The position numbers were made by a program, and so were the translations under genes. From Aulosira sp. ZfuVER01 (GTDB lineage Bacteria; Cyanobacteriota; Cyanobacteriia; Cyanobacteriales; Nostocaceae), in the NCBI GenBank assembly GCA_034530615.2, contig JAVRCV020000049.1, forward strand, positions 128,001 to 192,000: a DNA stretch of 64,000 bases. Reading direction: 5' to 3'. Shown in pieces: positions 52,701 to 62,914 of the stretch. The first letter of the stretch is position 1. Every line of letters begins with the position of its first letter. Under the pieces are notes generated by a model. That model made no database searches. It was not told the origin of the DNA and saw only the letters and a program-made list of their open reading frames with translations.

Positions 52701-53246
52701 GAATTCTATTGAATCTGCTGTGCTATTAAGAGCATCAGCAATATTTTCTAAGCGTTGTTGTACGCCAACTTCAAAGATAGACTTAACAATATCAAATCCC
52801 AATTCTTCTGAAGTAGGAATATGAGCCTCAGCACCAAAAGCATCACCCAGTTTTTCTTGCAACTGAGCAAACGCTGAAGCTGCACGTTGGAGGATTTCTT
52901 CACCATTTACAGCACTACTAGTTAGTTCTGCGGTTAGTGCTAAACTTAAGCATTCGTAAGCTTGTATTATCAGTGTTTGTAATTGCTCATCAATAACAAC
53001 ACTTGGGTTATAGAGAGCATTAAAGACATCTTCAAGAGAATGGGCGATCGTGTTAATTACCTCTAAGCCAACGTTAGCGGCTCCTCCTTTAATTGTATGA
53101 GTTGCCCGCATTAAATTATGCACTTTAGCTATACTAAATTCTTCGGTTAAGCTAAAAAGTTCTTGTTCTATGGTTTGTAATAATTCTGGAGCTTCAGCTA
53201 AGAAATAAATGTAACCTTGCTCGCGAATATCAATGTCTGTAGTCAT
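49728..53246 (-). CDS. pixL: CheA-like hybrid kinase (PixL-type): Hpt, dimerisation, HATPase, CheW, REC
   Basis: RATHTIKGGA Hpt; HLVRNAFDHGIE; SGRGMGLDIV; C-terminal receiver (DLEMP). Confidence 0.9.
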   Translation of the reverse strand: MTTDIDIREQGYIYFLAEAPELLQTIEQELFSLTEEFSIAKVHNLMRATHTIKGGAANVGLEVINTIAHSLEDVFNALYNPSVVIDEQLQTLIIQAYECLSLALTAELTSSAVNGEEILQRAASAFAQLQEKLGDAFGAEAHIPTSEELGFDIVKSIFEVGVQQRLENIADALNSTADSIEFAQLLNSQAEVFIGLAESLNLPGFGAIAQTIIAALQANPKQAHQIGKVALANLQQAQASVLAGDRTFGGEIDPALQNFTQVITDDFSPVTKQYVSTTSLRNEIKELYKFLTTSGNTKNQPLKPAKAKFYIKVIRYIFGWFNHQMEISKEKLNLALLIASGQEDSIGYIENWLSKFLEFVQEAEDSQSLYLYRQGVILTIILAVVKFYYTNEQVNNDISVIQTLQQQIGKLAKEYKKFPPVTAQEKNWIDNPKFKTLLVFQEKALPETEHLLETIWGGEANFNHIHEIAETQLEESVTQIVDTDIANSAIHNEREIKGKLPNSSQKSSRHHSFVRVDTEGLQRLNYLAGELLIKQKQRILQDEQLQEIIEQLFQRIAKQQIILNQLGDLPFQMQNAGLQHNRNFATVKFDALEMDMYTEFQMKLHEAMEENLQLQEITESLDLLLNQATQLGDKKQRLTLNIIDNLVEARMSPLGNILNRFPQMVKKMGNVYNKLVELKLTGTEVLVDKAIAEKLYEPLLHLVRNAFDHGIETPQVRQSLGKSAQALIEIRAYNQGSQTIIEVRDDGQGLNLEKIRKRAIELNLIPPEEDYVSRATESELLELMFSPGFTTVEQVSEISGRGMGLDIVRSQIQSLNGSFSVKSLPNQGTKFILKIPFSMTTDKLMLVQAGGVVYALLLDNVEKILIPSEQQIKEFEGKKLLYYNSGEDERIVSLRPISELMYYSSSFCNSIALNNISTLHDIGITQHPVLLLRHNQEIFGLEVDQIIGEQELVIRPLGSAIAPPRYIYGCSSLASGNLILVIDPTLLLESYEMQATLESTVSSTAYLTNKKALTLSGLTSNSTPLLAPSPSTDTKLNSSKVLLIVDDAISLRQTLSLTLQKSGYQVLQAQNGVEALEQLQMHPEIQVVISDLEMPRMNGFELLSHVRHNPSFAEIPIVILTSRSAEKHRQLAESLGATAYLNKPYLEDKLISIVAELINKQSEQSHNLVISQ

Positions 53247-53643
53247 AATTTTTGAGGTTTAATGAGGATTTTTACTTTAGACATTTATCTTTGTAACTGC
53301 TTCATAATAAATTGAGCGTACAGATATTAAACTTATTGCATGATGAATTATTTTGGTTATTCAACCACAGATGCAAGCAGATAAACACCGATATTTACCT
53401 GTGTGCATCTGTTTTTGTCTGTGATTAATTTTGTCCTATCCATATTATTGAATAAATTCAATAGTGGTATATTGCATTAATTTTGCTGGGTAAATTAACC
53501 TTTTAATTTCTCTTCTCTTTTCTCTTTACTTTGCATACTTTGCGGTTCGTTCCTAAACTCCCTCACAATTAATGCGATGAATCACTAGTATTGAATAAGA
53601 GATTAAGAAAAAAAGCAAATAAAAAAATATTCTCCCAAAAAGC

Positions 53644-53674
53644 CGCGCCCTTGGACAATTCACCAAAGGGCGCG
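53644..53674 (-). terminator. Hairpin directly after the MCP gene
   Basis: CGCGCCCTTGG/CCAAAGGGCGCG stem with an adjacent A-run (U-tract on the minus strand). Confidence 0.6.
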
Positions 53675-53682
53675 ATCGTTTA

Positions 53683-56600
53683 TCAATTAACCTTGAACTT
53701 ACTAGCAGTTGCTAGTAATTCTTTTGCCATTCCTGATAACTCTTGAAAGACAACAGTAATTTCATGGGATTCATCAACAGTTTTATGCGAAATTTCTGCT
53801 ACATCTTTCATACTTGTAGTTACCTTGACAGACTGATCCATTTGTTTTTGGGTAGCTGCGGTAATCCGCTGAATTAACTGACTAATTTCCGCAGTTGCAC
53901 TCACAATGGCGTTCAAATTTTGTCTAGCATCACCAACAAGATTTGTACCTTCTACCACCTGTTGGATGCCTGTTTCCATAGCTACTGCTACTTCGCCGGT
54001 TTCTGCTTGAATCTCTTGGACTAATTTTTCAATTTCGATAGTAGCTGCTGCTGACTGGCGAGATAAAGAACGAACTTCATCAGCTACTACTGCAAAACCC
54101 TTACCATATTCACCAGCACGAGTGGCTTCAATGGCTGCATTGAGAGCTAGTACGTTTGTCTGTGTGGCAAAATTACTAATCAAATTCACCACTTTGGAGA
54201 TTTTTTGCGAAGATTCACTCAGGCGTTTTATCTTTTTACTAGTTTGGGCAACGGTTTCGCGGATTCCTTGAATAGCTTGTACAGTCAAGTTCATCGCAGT
54301 ATCACCAGACTCGACAGTTTGGTTGGCTTGTTGTACTGCTACCTGCACTAACTCAGCATTCGCTACTACAGCTTTTGTCGAATCCACCATATGTTGAATT
54401 TCGTCCAAGGCTGCGGTCATTTCTTCGGACTGTTGTTTTGCTAAGTTGGTTAGTCCGGCTAATGATGCTTCACTGCTACCAGAAGTCTGCACAACTTGTT
54501 GCGCTGCTGCTTGTACTTGGATAACTATTTGCCGGAGTGCTTGCAGGGTATTATTGTAAGCATCAGCAATTGTACCTAGCTCATCTTCTGTAATTGGTGC
54601 ACGTACCGTTAAGTTGCCATTGAGGGCGGGTCTGAGGGCTGTTAACAGTTGAATAGATCGCTGTTGCAGTAACTCCTTAGCTGCTTTTTCTCGCTTTGCT
54701 GCTTCTGCTAATTGTGCTGACTGTGCCTGTAATTGTTGCAAATACTCTGTTTGTTGTAATGCTAGCCCCAACTGGTCGCCAATACGAGCTAACAAACTAA
54801 CTTCTGATTCTTCCCAATCACGAGTTCCAGAGTTTTGATAAGCTGCTAGCAATCCCCAAAGTTTGTCACCAAAGAATACCGGCACGATAACATAAGCTTT
54901 AACTTCAAATTGCTCTAAAATCTCAATGTGGCAAGGAGCATGACCTACCTGATAGATGTCATGAGCAACAAAATTTTCTCCTTTGGCATAACGGCCTCCT
55001 TGGGTTTCTTGTAAGTGCGTATCTTCCCAAACAGTTTTGATATCTGGGCCTACCAATTTTACCCAATTGTGACCAACTGACTCAGCGACAAATTCGCCAC
55101 TCCAGTCAGAATTAAAGCGATAGACACCGACGCGATCGCATCGCAGTAATTGTCTGATTTCTTGAGTAGATGTCTTGAAGATTTCATCGACATCTAAGCA
55201 TTGGCGAATCCGGTTGACCAGTTTGGTGAAAGCTTTTTCTTGTTCGGCTATCTGAGTTAGTTTTTCAGATTTAACCCGCACCTGATCGAGGTATTCTATT
55301 TGTGATTTAGCTAGGCTAAATTGCAAGCCAATTTGAGCTAAGAAATTAACTTCCCAACTTTGCCATTCACGAGTTCCAGAGTTTTGGTAAGCTGCCAGTA
55401 ATCCCCATAATGTCTCTCCATTAAATATAGGAACTATTACAAAAGCTTTAGCTTCAAACTGCTCTAAAATCTCAGTGTGGCAAGAACTTAAACCAACTTG
55501 ATAAATGTTATTAACGACAAGGTTTTCTCCTTTAGCATATCTACCTCCCTGGGTCGTTTGTAAGTGAGTATCTTCCCAGACGGTATTAATATCAGGCCCT
55601 ACCAGTTTTACCCAACCATTACCTACCGACTCAGCAATAAACTCCCCACCCCAGTCAGGATTGAAGCGGTATACTGCTACGCGATCGCATCGCAGAGATT
55701 GACGTACTTCTTGAGTGGTGATTTTGAAAACGCTTTCTGCATCTAGAGATTGGCGGATACGGTTGACTATCTTAGTTAAAGTTTTCTCTTGTTCAACTAT
55801 TTGAGTTAGTTGCTCAGTTTTTGTCCGCACTTGTTCTAAATATTCACCCTGTGCGATCGCTACACCAAATTGCAACCCAATCTGAGTCAAAACGCTAATT
55901 TCCCAAGATTGCCAATCACGGGGGCCAGAATTTTGATAAGCTGCCAGTAAGCCCCATAATTGCTGCCCAGAAAATATAGGTGCAATGATGTAAGCTTTCA
56001 TTTCAAACTGCTCTAAAATATCGATATGACATTGAGCATGGCCTGCTTGATAAATGTCCTTCACCGCAAAAGTTTCACCCTTGGCGTAACGTCCACCTTG
56101 GGTTTCTTGCAAGTGGGTATCCTCCCAGACCATTTTAAAGTCAGGACCGACCATTTTTACCCAACCATTGCCTACCGATTCAGCTACAAATTGTCCACTC
56201 CAATCAGGATTGAAGCGATATACTCCGACGCGATCGCATTTTAGTAATTGACGTATTTCCTGAGTAGTTGTTTGAAAAACTTTCTCGACAGATGATAGGT
56301 GCAGAATCTTATCAATGACTTTGGCTACTGATTTTTTTGCTAGTGTTTGTTGTTGCAGTTCTGTTTGAGAGCCAAAGTTCTGCAATCTATAGCTGAGTTC
56401 TGTTGTAATTTGAGATAGTAAAGTAATTTCTACTTCTTGCCAATGTCGTGCTGAAGAACAATTGTTGACGCTTAGTAAGCCCCAAACTTTACTGTCTACT
56501 ACAATCGGTAGAGTCAAACTAGCTTTAATTTGAAATTTTTCTAGTAGTTGTTTCTGATAGGGGGTAATTTGGATCTGATTGATATCATCAATAACTACTG

Positions 56601-57000
56601 GTTCTAAATAATCTTGGCTGGTATATAAGCCAAAAGTAATACCCGGCAAATTTTCGCCTAGAGTAGGTGTCCAACCGAGGGTTCTGGACTCTGCTAAGAC
56701 AGTACCAGTATCAGAAGTTTTAAACTGATAGATCAAAGCGCGATCGCACGCAATTTTTTCTCTCAGTTGTGCTACAGCTACTTTTAGTAAAGTCTCACTG
56801 TCTGGGGCTTGACGTAGTTGAGTATTGATAGTTTGTAACTGCTGTCGCCAACTTTTAAATTCCTGAGCGATCGCATTTAATATCGATAATTCATTACTAG
56901 GAATACTAGCTATATTAGGGCTACCATTCTGATTTTCTAATTTTTCTATATCGGTGATGATATGACTATTTTCTTGCCCATTGTTATATAAAGCTGTCAT
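53683..57000 (-). CDS. pixJ: PixJ-type cyanobacteriochrome MCP (4 GAF domains + MCP signalling domain)
   Basis: GAF2-4 carry [13 protein letters not shown] and CH chromophore motifs; GAF1 lacks them; [28 protein letters not shown]. Confidence 0.92.
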   Translation of the reverse strand: MTALYNNGQENSHIITDIEKLENQNGSPNIASIPSNELSILNAIAQEFKSWRQQLQTINTQLRQAPDSETLLKVAVAQLREKIACDRALIYQFKTSDTGTVLAESRTLGWTPTLGENLPGITFGLYTSQDYLEPVVIDDINQIQITPYQKQLLEKFQIKASLTLPIVVDSKVWGLLSVNNCSSARHWQEVEITLLSQITTELSYRLQNFGSQTELQQQTLAKKSVAKVIDKILHLSSVEKVFQTTTQEIRQLLKCDRVGVYRFNPDWSGQFVAESVGNGWVKMVGPDFKMVWEDTHLQETQGGRYAKGETFAVKDIYQAGHAQCHIDILEQFEMKAYIIAPIFSGQQLWGLLAAYQNSGPRDWQSWEISVLTQIGLQFGVAIAQGEYLEQVRTKTEQLTQIVEQEKTLTKIVNRIRQSLDAESVFKITTQEVRQSLRCDRVAVYRFNPDWGGEFIAESVGNGWVKLVGPDINTVWEDTHLQTTQGGRYAKGENLVVNNIYQVGLSSCHTEILEQFEAKAFVIVPIFNGETLWGLLAAYQNSGTREWQSWEVNFLAQIGLQFSLAKSQIEYLDQVRVKSEKLTQIAEQEKAFTKLVNRIRQCLDVDEIFKTSTQEIRQLLRCDRVGVYRFNSDWSGEFVAESVGHNWVKLVGPDIKTVWEDTHLQETQGGRYAKGENFVAHDIYQVGHAPCHIEILEQFEVKAYVIVPVFFGDKLWGLLAAYQNSGTRDWEESEVSLLARIGDQLGLALQQTEYLQQLQAQSAQLAEAAKREKAAKELLQQRSIQLLTALRPALNGNLTVRAPITEDELGTIADAYNNTLQALRQIVIQVQAAAQQVVQTSGSSEASLAGLTNLAKQQSEEMTAALDEIQHMVDSTKAVVANAELVQVAVQQANQTVESGDTAMNLTVQAIQGIRETVAQTSKKIKRLSESSQKISKVVNLISNFATQTNVLALNAAIEATRAGEYGKGFAVVADEVRSLSRQSAAATIEIEKLVQEIQAETGEVAVAMETGIQQVVEGTNLVGDARQNLNAIVSATAEISQLIQRITAATQKQMDQSVKVTTSMKDVAEISHKTVDESHEITVVFQELSGMAKELLATASKFKVN

Positions 57001-57076
57001 TTTACCAACCTCAATAAATGTTATTACTAATAATCTGATATCTGCTAATTGCTAAACTTTCCAGAAATGGAAAATT

Positions 57077-57550
57077 TTAATTATAATTGCCCCATATAGG
57101 AGCTTGGATAATCGCCAGAGCATCCAAATTAAATGCGATTCCCTCGTCAGGCTTAATAAAATATCCTTCTACAAATGGTGACATTGCTGGATAAAATAGT
57201 TCAGCAGATGGGACTTTCATTTGCTCAGTATTGAGCCACTCAATATCTGTTAGTTGCCGTACCAATAGCCCCAAATATTTACCCTCATTTTCTAACACTA
57301 TTGCCATCATTTTTGAAACTAAATTGGAGGCTTGCAATAACGGTGGATATCCTAACATCTCTTCTAAATCAACTAACCAAAGCATTTCGCCACGCCAGTT
57401 GTAGATACCCAAGACGCAATTAGGCATCTGAGGCACACCGCAGATTTCTGTCAATGATACTTGTAATACTTCTGCAATGTGCTGTAACTGAATTACAGCT
57501 AAGTCATTGGTTCCTAAATTAAAACTTAAAAACTTTTGCTTAGTCTCCAA
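57077..57550 (-). CDS. pixI: CheW-like adaptor (PixI-type)
   Basis: VPQMP.CVLG.YNWRGE.LW.VDL; cluster position. Confidence 0.88.
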   Translation of the reverse strand: METKQKFLSFNLGTNDLAVIQLQHIAEVLQVSLTEICGVPQMPNCVLGIYNWRGEMLWLVDLEEMLGYPPLLQASNLVSKMMAIVLENEGKYLGLLVRQLTDIEWLNTEQMKVPSAELFYPAMSPFVEGYFIKPDEGIAFNLDALAIIQAPIWGNYN

Positions 57551-57640
57551 AGTTATTTGTCCTTTATGGTAAATGATTGCGGATAGTCACTGCTGTAGTT
57601 TTCACTTAATTCTTGACTATACTTTGCCAAAGATATCTAT

Positions 57641-58006
57641 CTAATGATTGATTAATCGCTGTAAAGTAACTACTAATTCTTCTCTATTGACAGGTTTTGA
57701 TAGATAAGCTTCAGCACCCAGCATATTGCCCCAAATTTTATCCACATCACTGTTTTTTGTTGAACAAAAAACCACAGGAATTTTACTGGTGTTGGGATTT
57801 GTTTTTAGTTCTCGACAAATTTCATAGCCACTTTTACCTGGTAAAATTACATCGAGAAATATCACATCTGGCTTAGTTGTTTCTATTTTGTCGTGAGCTT
57901 CTTCACTACTTTTAGCGCTCATCACGTAGTATCCTGCCTGTTGTAAGTAACTACTGATAATTTCCATATCAGTCAAACCATCTTCAACAACTAGAACAGT
58001 GTTCAT
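57641..58006 (-). CDS. pixH: CheY-like single receiver (PixH-type)
   Basis: VVED, FLDVILPGKSG, YLSKP. Confidence 0.88.
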   Translation of the reverse strand: MNTVLVVEDGLTDMEIISSYLQQAGYYVMSAKSSEEAHDKIETTKPDVIFLDVILPGKSGYEICRELKTNPNTSKIPVVFCSTKNSDVDKIWGNMLGAEAYLSKPVNREELVVTLQRLINH

Positions 58007-58293
58007 GATAATTACCGATTTTATATCTATCTAAATTGTTCCAAAAAAATTTGGTTTTGTTATCATGGTGTTCCAATTCTTATTTATTAACCTCAGAAAA
58101 AGCACTTAAAAAGACCGATCATTTTTGACAAAACATCTATGAGCAAGAATCATGTTTGAAAATTTATTTGCAAATACTTGCTTGATAAAAATTTGTTATT
58201 TATTCTCGATAAACTGAGCATTTATCGATTATTTGAGGCTTAGTATTCAGAGCTAGTTTCATAAAAAAGTCCCATCACCAAGGAGAAATGTAA

Positions 58294-59493
58294 TTACAAG
58301 CTCTCCAATTTAGAGGCGTTTGTCTTAGTTGATGACGCTGGGACAGGTAAATACTTACGCACTATACCCATTACCTTATCACTAGCTACAGGTTTGGTAA
58401 GAAAATCCGTAGAACCAGCTACTTTAGCGCGAACTCTATCTAAAAGGCCATCATTGCCTGTTAAGATAATCACCGGTGTGTTGGCAAAGGTAGAAATTCG
58501 TCGCAGTTGAGCGCAGATTTCGTAACCACTAGCAATAGGCATCATCAAATCCAAAAAAATCAAATCTGGCTTATCCTGAATCAGAGTTGGTAAAGCTTGG
58601 ACAGCATCTTGAATTTTGATGAACCTTAGTCCATGTGAAGTGAGAATTTCCTCGAGAATTTTACAGACTTGGGGACTGTCATCTACACAAGCTACCAACG
58701 GAGCAGTTGTTTTCTTTTGTGGTGTAGCTGTAGGATTTTTCTGGGCTTCAATGGCTGTTAAAGGTAAGTCTGGTACTTCTACTAGTTCAATAATGCCTTT
58801 GAGGATATATGGAAGCAATGAACGAGCAACTGGCATTAAATTCTGCTTCATTTTTACAGCTAAATCTCGCAGAGTATATTTGCCATTGATGAAAGTAACA
58901 AAGTTATGGTAGACAGATGGACTTACCAATTGCTGGAGTTGTTCTGGTTTCCGCAGGACTGGTGCTAAATCAGGATATAAATTTGTCAACCCAGCCTCTG
59001 ACCAAACTTTCCACGATTCTTGCATCTGCTTTAAAGAAACATCTGCACTCGTGAAGCTCATTGGCGTTTCTAAGATCGCTTGTTGGCTGCGATGACAAGT
59101 TACAGAAGTAAAATCTGCCTCCTGAGCTAGATCAAAAAATAATTCTGCTATTGTGTTGTCTACAATAGAGTGTATTTGTTCTCGCTGGATTTTTTGTTTT
59201 TTATATAAGATTTCCAGCAGACGGTAATCCCAATAATCGCTTGAGATATCTTCAGAACTTAAACGGATCTTATCTAGATCAATTTGCGGGCAATTTTGAG
59301 CCATCTGTCTCCGCCAACGCCGGAAAGGATGAATTCCTCCTGTTGCCCAAACTATTCGTCCCAGTCGATAATAAAAAGTCCATTGATGACCTTTTGAACT
59401 TTTAATATTTAACTGACCATTGTATTGAAGCTGAGTACAAGTCTTAAATTCATTCAATAAGTTGTTTGATATCATCAGGTCTTGGTGGGTCAT
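58294..59493 (-). CDS. pixG: PatA-family response regulator (PixG-type)
   Basis: PATAN N-domain (GRIVWA.GG.HP.RRW.R) plus C-terminal receiver (CVDDS, FLDLMMP, KP); ATG 59493 has an AAGGA RBS. Confidence 0.88.
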   Translation of the reverse strand: MTHQDLMISNNLLNEFKTCTQLQYNGQLNIKSSKGHQWTFYYRLGRIVWATGGIHPFRRWRRQMAQNCPQIDLDKIRLSSEDISSDYWDYRLLEILYKKQKIQREQIHSIVDNTIAELFFDLAQEADFTSVTCHRSQQAILETPMSFTSADVSLKQMQESWKVWSEAGLTNLYPDLAPVLRKPEQLQQLVSPSVYHNFVTFINGKYTLRDLAVKMKQNLMPVARSLLPYILKGIIELVEVPDLPLTAIEAQKNPTATPQKKTTAPLVACVDDSPQVCKILEEILTSHGLRFIKIQDAVQALPTLIQDKPDLIFLDLMMPIASGYEICAQLRRISTFANTPVIILTGNDGLLDRVRAKVAGSTDFLTKPVASDKVMGIVRKYLPVPASSTKTNASKLESL

Positions 59494-60165
59494 AAATTGT
59501 CCTTTTACTAACAAGTCAGCCCTTAGCAACCCTACACTACCCATTTAATAGCCAGAAAATATCTAAATCTTTTTCAATATTTTTTGGTAAAAATATCCGG
59601 TTTTTTACCATTTTTTATGTAGATATTAGATATAGTGCTACTAAGTCAAGACTGATTATCACAAAGGCAATAGCATGGCAAAAGTAGCGTCAATAAAGGA
59701 GCGATATATAACCTAATTACCCCTAATTTAACTCTAGGCTCTAGCAATGATTAACTAATCAGTAGGAACTTATGTTATCCAGATGATCGTGTATACAGTT
59801 GTGATATATTATCATATTCATTTTTAAGCTAGTTTACGATCGGGATTTATACTGATCTATAATTTAAAAAATAATTTGTACTATTTGAAATAATTTAGGT
59901 TTAGAGTGTTAGCTTTGTTTGAGTTGATTGTTTTTGAAATATTACTTTCAAAGTTATTAAAGAGCTTTTTTGTAAAAAAAATTGCCAAATAAAGAGGTTA
60001 TAAAATTTTAGACAACCTTGATAAATAAGTCAGTACACTGAAACTATTGGCAAAGGTCTTCCTTTTTCATTGGTAAAGGTTACAAGCTTGTTTATATGTC
60101 GTAATATAGTTCTGTTTATTCTCACAGACTTACTTATTAGCTTTTACTGGTTTCACAATATTAAC

Positions 60166-60189
60166 CTGACGGAGTAATTACCCCGTCAG
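60166..60189 (-). terminator. Hairpin downstream of murQ
   Basis: CTGACGG...CCGTCAG stem. Confidence 0.45.
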
Positions 60190-60315
60190 TAGTTGTAGCT
60201 AGCTGCCAAAATAGATTATTTCTAGTGAATTATTTCTCAGAGATTGATTTGTCATTAGTTGCTGACAAAGAATTTGGCATTAGTGGGCAAAGTAAAACTT
60301 CCTGATAATTCTTTC

Positions 60316-61239
60316 TCAGGGTTTTGTGACGTTGTAGCTAGCAATAGCTGCTCGCAAATTACCGTGATGTTCTGACAACAGTCGATCGCCTGCTGGTTTT
60401 TCTAAGCCAGTCCAGTGCATTAATAGGGCTAACTTCACCCAATTGCCGCTACGTTCTAGTAATACACTCGCATCTTCCCGACTTAAATCTGTAAGGTCTT
60501 GCAAAATTCGCAAAGCGCGATCGCGTAATTTTTGATTGGTGACAGCGACATCTACCATGCGATTGCCGTAAACTTTACCTAGCTTGACCATCACCCCGGT
60601 AGAAATAATATTTAAAGCTAGCTTTGTTGCTGTACCCGCTTTGAGGCGAGTTGAACCAGCGAGGACTTCAGGGCCAGTCAATAGCCGAATATCAATATCG
60701 GCATCAAAACTTACCTGTTCAGCAGGTACACAGGCCATAAAAATTGCGATCGCTCCTCGTTGACGGGCGGCGTTCAGCGCCCCGTGAACAAAAGGCGTTG
60801 TCCCGCCAGCAGTGATCCCCACAACTACATCTAATTGTGTAACTTGTCGTTGAGCGATCGCCGCTTCTCCATCTTGGGCGCGGTCTTCTAAATCTTCAGA
60901 ACTACGTACTAATGCGCCAGCACCACCAGCAATAATTCCCTGTACCAACTCTGGAGGCGTACAAAAGGTAGGTGGGCATTCAGCAGCATCTAATACTCCC
61001 AATCTGCCACTTGTCCCCGCACCAACATAGAATAAGCGTCCTCCCTGACGCAAACGCTCTGCTGTGCAATCAATCGCACGAGCCAATTCACTTTTAGCCG
61101 CAGCTACTGCTGCAACTGCTTTTTGGTCTTCGCTATTAAACAAATCTACCAATTCCAGAGAACTGATCTGGTCTAAGTTAAGACTATTAGAGTTTACTTG
61201 CTCAGTTAAAAGGTAGCCGCGTTCCTGCAAATTTGACAT
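60316..61239 (-). CDS. murQ: N-acetylmuramic acid 6-phosphate etherase
   Basis: GAGTSGRLG.LDA.EC.PTF, E..ED, GPE...GSTR.KAGTA.K. Confidence 0.97.
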   Translation of the reverse strand: MSNLQERGYLLTEQVNSNSLNLDQISSLELVDLFNSEDQKAVAAVAAAKSELARAIDCTAERLRQGGRLFYVGAGTSGRLGVLDAAECPPTFCTPPELVQGIIAGGAGALVRSSEDLEDRAQDGEAAIAQRQVTQLDVVVGITAGGTTPFVHGALNAARQRGAIAIFMACVPAEQVSFDADIDIRLLTGPEVLAGSTRLKAGTATKLALNIISTGVMVKLGKVYGNRMVDVAVTNQKLRDRALRILQDLTDLSREDASVLLERSGNWVKLALLMHWTGLEKPAGDRLLSEHHGNLRAAIASYNVTKP

Positions 61240-61269
61240 TATATTTTTTGTCCTCGGTCATTTGTTATT

Positions 61270-61451
61270 GGTGAACCAGTGCGGTCTTGGGGAGCCAGTC
61301 CGTTGCGGTGAGTCCAGCACTGCGCGAGGGTTTCCCTCCGCAGGTGACTGGCGAACCCGAAGGGGGGTTCCCCCCGTTGAAGGAACTGGCGTGGTTTCCC
61401 CCATGAGCAACTAGTGTTCCCCGCAGGGGTTCTCGCAGAGTACCCGAAGGG
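61270..61451. mobile_element. Composite of nested miniature GC-rich repeat elements
   Basis: Three related CCAG...GG(G)TT(T)CCC...CT(G/A)G units, each interrupting the previous one; two end in CCCGAAGGG. Confidence 0.7.
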
Positions 61452-61602
61452 TCATTAGTCAGTTGTCATATCATGTCCGTCAGCCCTAATCAAAGCACTT
61501 CCCACCTCTCCCCTGACCAGTGTAGATTTTTTTACAACAACCCGGGAAATGCGACAAAGAAGAAAAAGCAGGGGAGCAGAAAGCAGAGGTGAAAGAAATG
61601 CT

Positions 61603-61637
61603 TGACCAATGACCAATGACCAATGACCAATGACTAA
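61603..61637. repeat. STRR heptamer array (TGACCAA)n
   Basis: tgaccaatgaccaatgaccaatgaccaatgactaa. Confidence 0.9.
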
Positions 61638-62066
61638 CTACAACAAACCTTCGAGTTGACGACGAATCTTTTCTAGTTCAGCATCAGATAAGTCTGATTC
61701 TGCTTGGTCTGCGGGATTAGTGCGGAAGGTTTCCTCATCAGTATCCTCTTCTTGAGCATTAGGTTGCCAATCAGTTTCTTCTACATTTAGTTCTGGGGGA
61801 GTGACTACTAAATTACTGTTTTCGGGGATAAGTTCCCACTCATAATCAGCGCTTTCACAAAATTCCTTAATTTCCTCGGCATCGATCGCTTCTACTGTCG
61901 GTACGGGGAAATCCTGAGCTTCTAACAATAAGGCATAGCGCGTTGCATCATCTTCTGACTCAAACATCAGAATTTTATTGCGATCGCCTATGCGCACGGT
62001 GTGAATTCCCTCATTCTCCGTTCCAGCATTAAAAATCAGCACAAAAACACGCATCGGTGTAATCAT
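61638..62066 (-). CDS. DUF3110 family protein
   Basis: V.VL.FN.GT.NEGIHT, MFE.EDDA.RYA.LLEAQDFP.P.VE, RR.LEGLL. Confidence 0.9.
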   Translation of the reverse strand: MITPMRVFVLIFNAGTENEGIHTVRIGDRNKILMFESEDDATRYALLLEAQDFPVPTVEAIDAEEIKEFCESADYEWELIPENSNLVVTPPELNVEETDWQPNAQEEDTDEETFRTNPADQAESDLSDAELEKIRRQLEGLL

Positions 62067-62497
62067 CTATCCTTATGTTTTTGGTGTCTATTCCTATTAA
62101 AGTTCTAGCTTGTGCCTCAAGGAAAGTCTCACCCATCATTTTCATCTATTTCCTGCAGCAGTTAAAGCTTAACAGTCAATAAGTAACCTTACTCATTTTC
62201 TTAATGCCAAATTAAAACTGCTATAGGATGAGGGTATAAATATAGTCGAGTTTTTGAGAATAATCTCGGAACTCTATAAGGATGGTCTCGTCTAGAATGA
62301 TGATGTCTTTATATCAGTTAGTGACTTTCCGCAAGTACAAAGGCATTCAGGCAAGATTGTAATTTTGCCTACATCAGTCAAACCTGTCATCTATGTTTGC
62401 ATATTTCGACTACGCTCTGATGAACGCTTACAGTGTGGAAATGATGAATGGAGTGTTGACGCTGTTTTAAATGGAGTCGTTTATTGAATCTGTCTTT

Positions 62498-62651
62498 GTG
62501 AGCCACTCTGTTGTAGGCGGAGCGCCTTTCTACAGGATTAGGAAGTGGCGGTAGCGCCATCTGTGAGGGAGTCCCCCTATTGGCGGCTTCCGGCACAATG
62601 GGGAACTCCCGACCTTTCAAGAGAGCGACGCAGGAGCGTCACCTGCAAGGG
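62498..62651. repeat. GC-rich composite hairpin repeat
   Basis: GCCACT..AGTGGC, GGGAGTCCCC..GGGGAACTCCC and GACGC-AGGA-GCGTC stems, ending CCTGCAAGGG. Confidence 0.55.
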
Positions 62652-62914
62652 TAAACTAGGCTGTTTTTAAACATAGATAGTCAGCAATACGAGAATCCCA
62701 CACCGATCTGATAATACAGTGTGGGTATTTTACTGGTTCTGATATGCCTGACAGTGCCAATATCATTGAATATGTATTAAATAAACTAATTTTATCGGCT
62801 CAAGCGATCGGGTCTTCTATTTAGTTAACGTATCCTGGATCTGGCAGAGCAATCTGTTACTAGTCAATGCCAGATGTGAGTCAGCTACAGTCGCCAAACA
62901 AAGAGTGAAAGCCA

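Noticed and set aside
61270..61637. Possible CRISPR array or tRNA in the GC-rich repeats
   Set aside because: No constant repeat with unique regular spacers, no cas genes, no cloverleaf or T-loop consensus.
62387..62620. 77-aa minus-strand ORF
   Set aside because: Begins inside a repeat cassette; no RBS or protein-like features.
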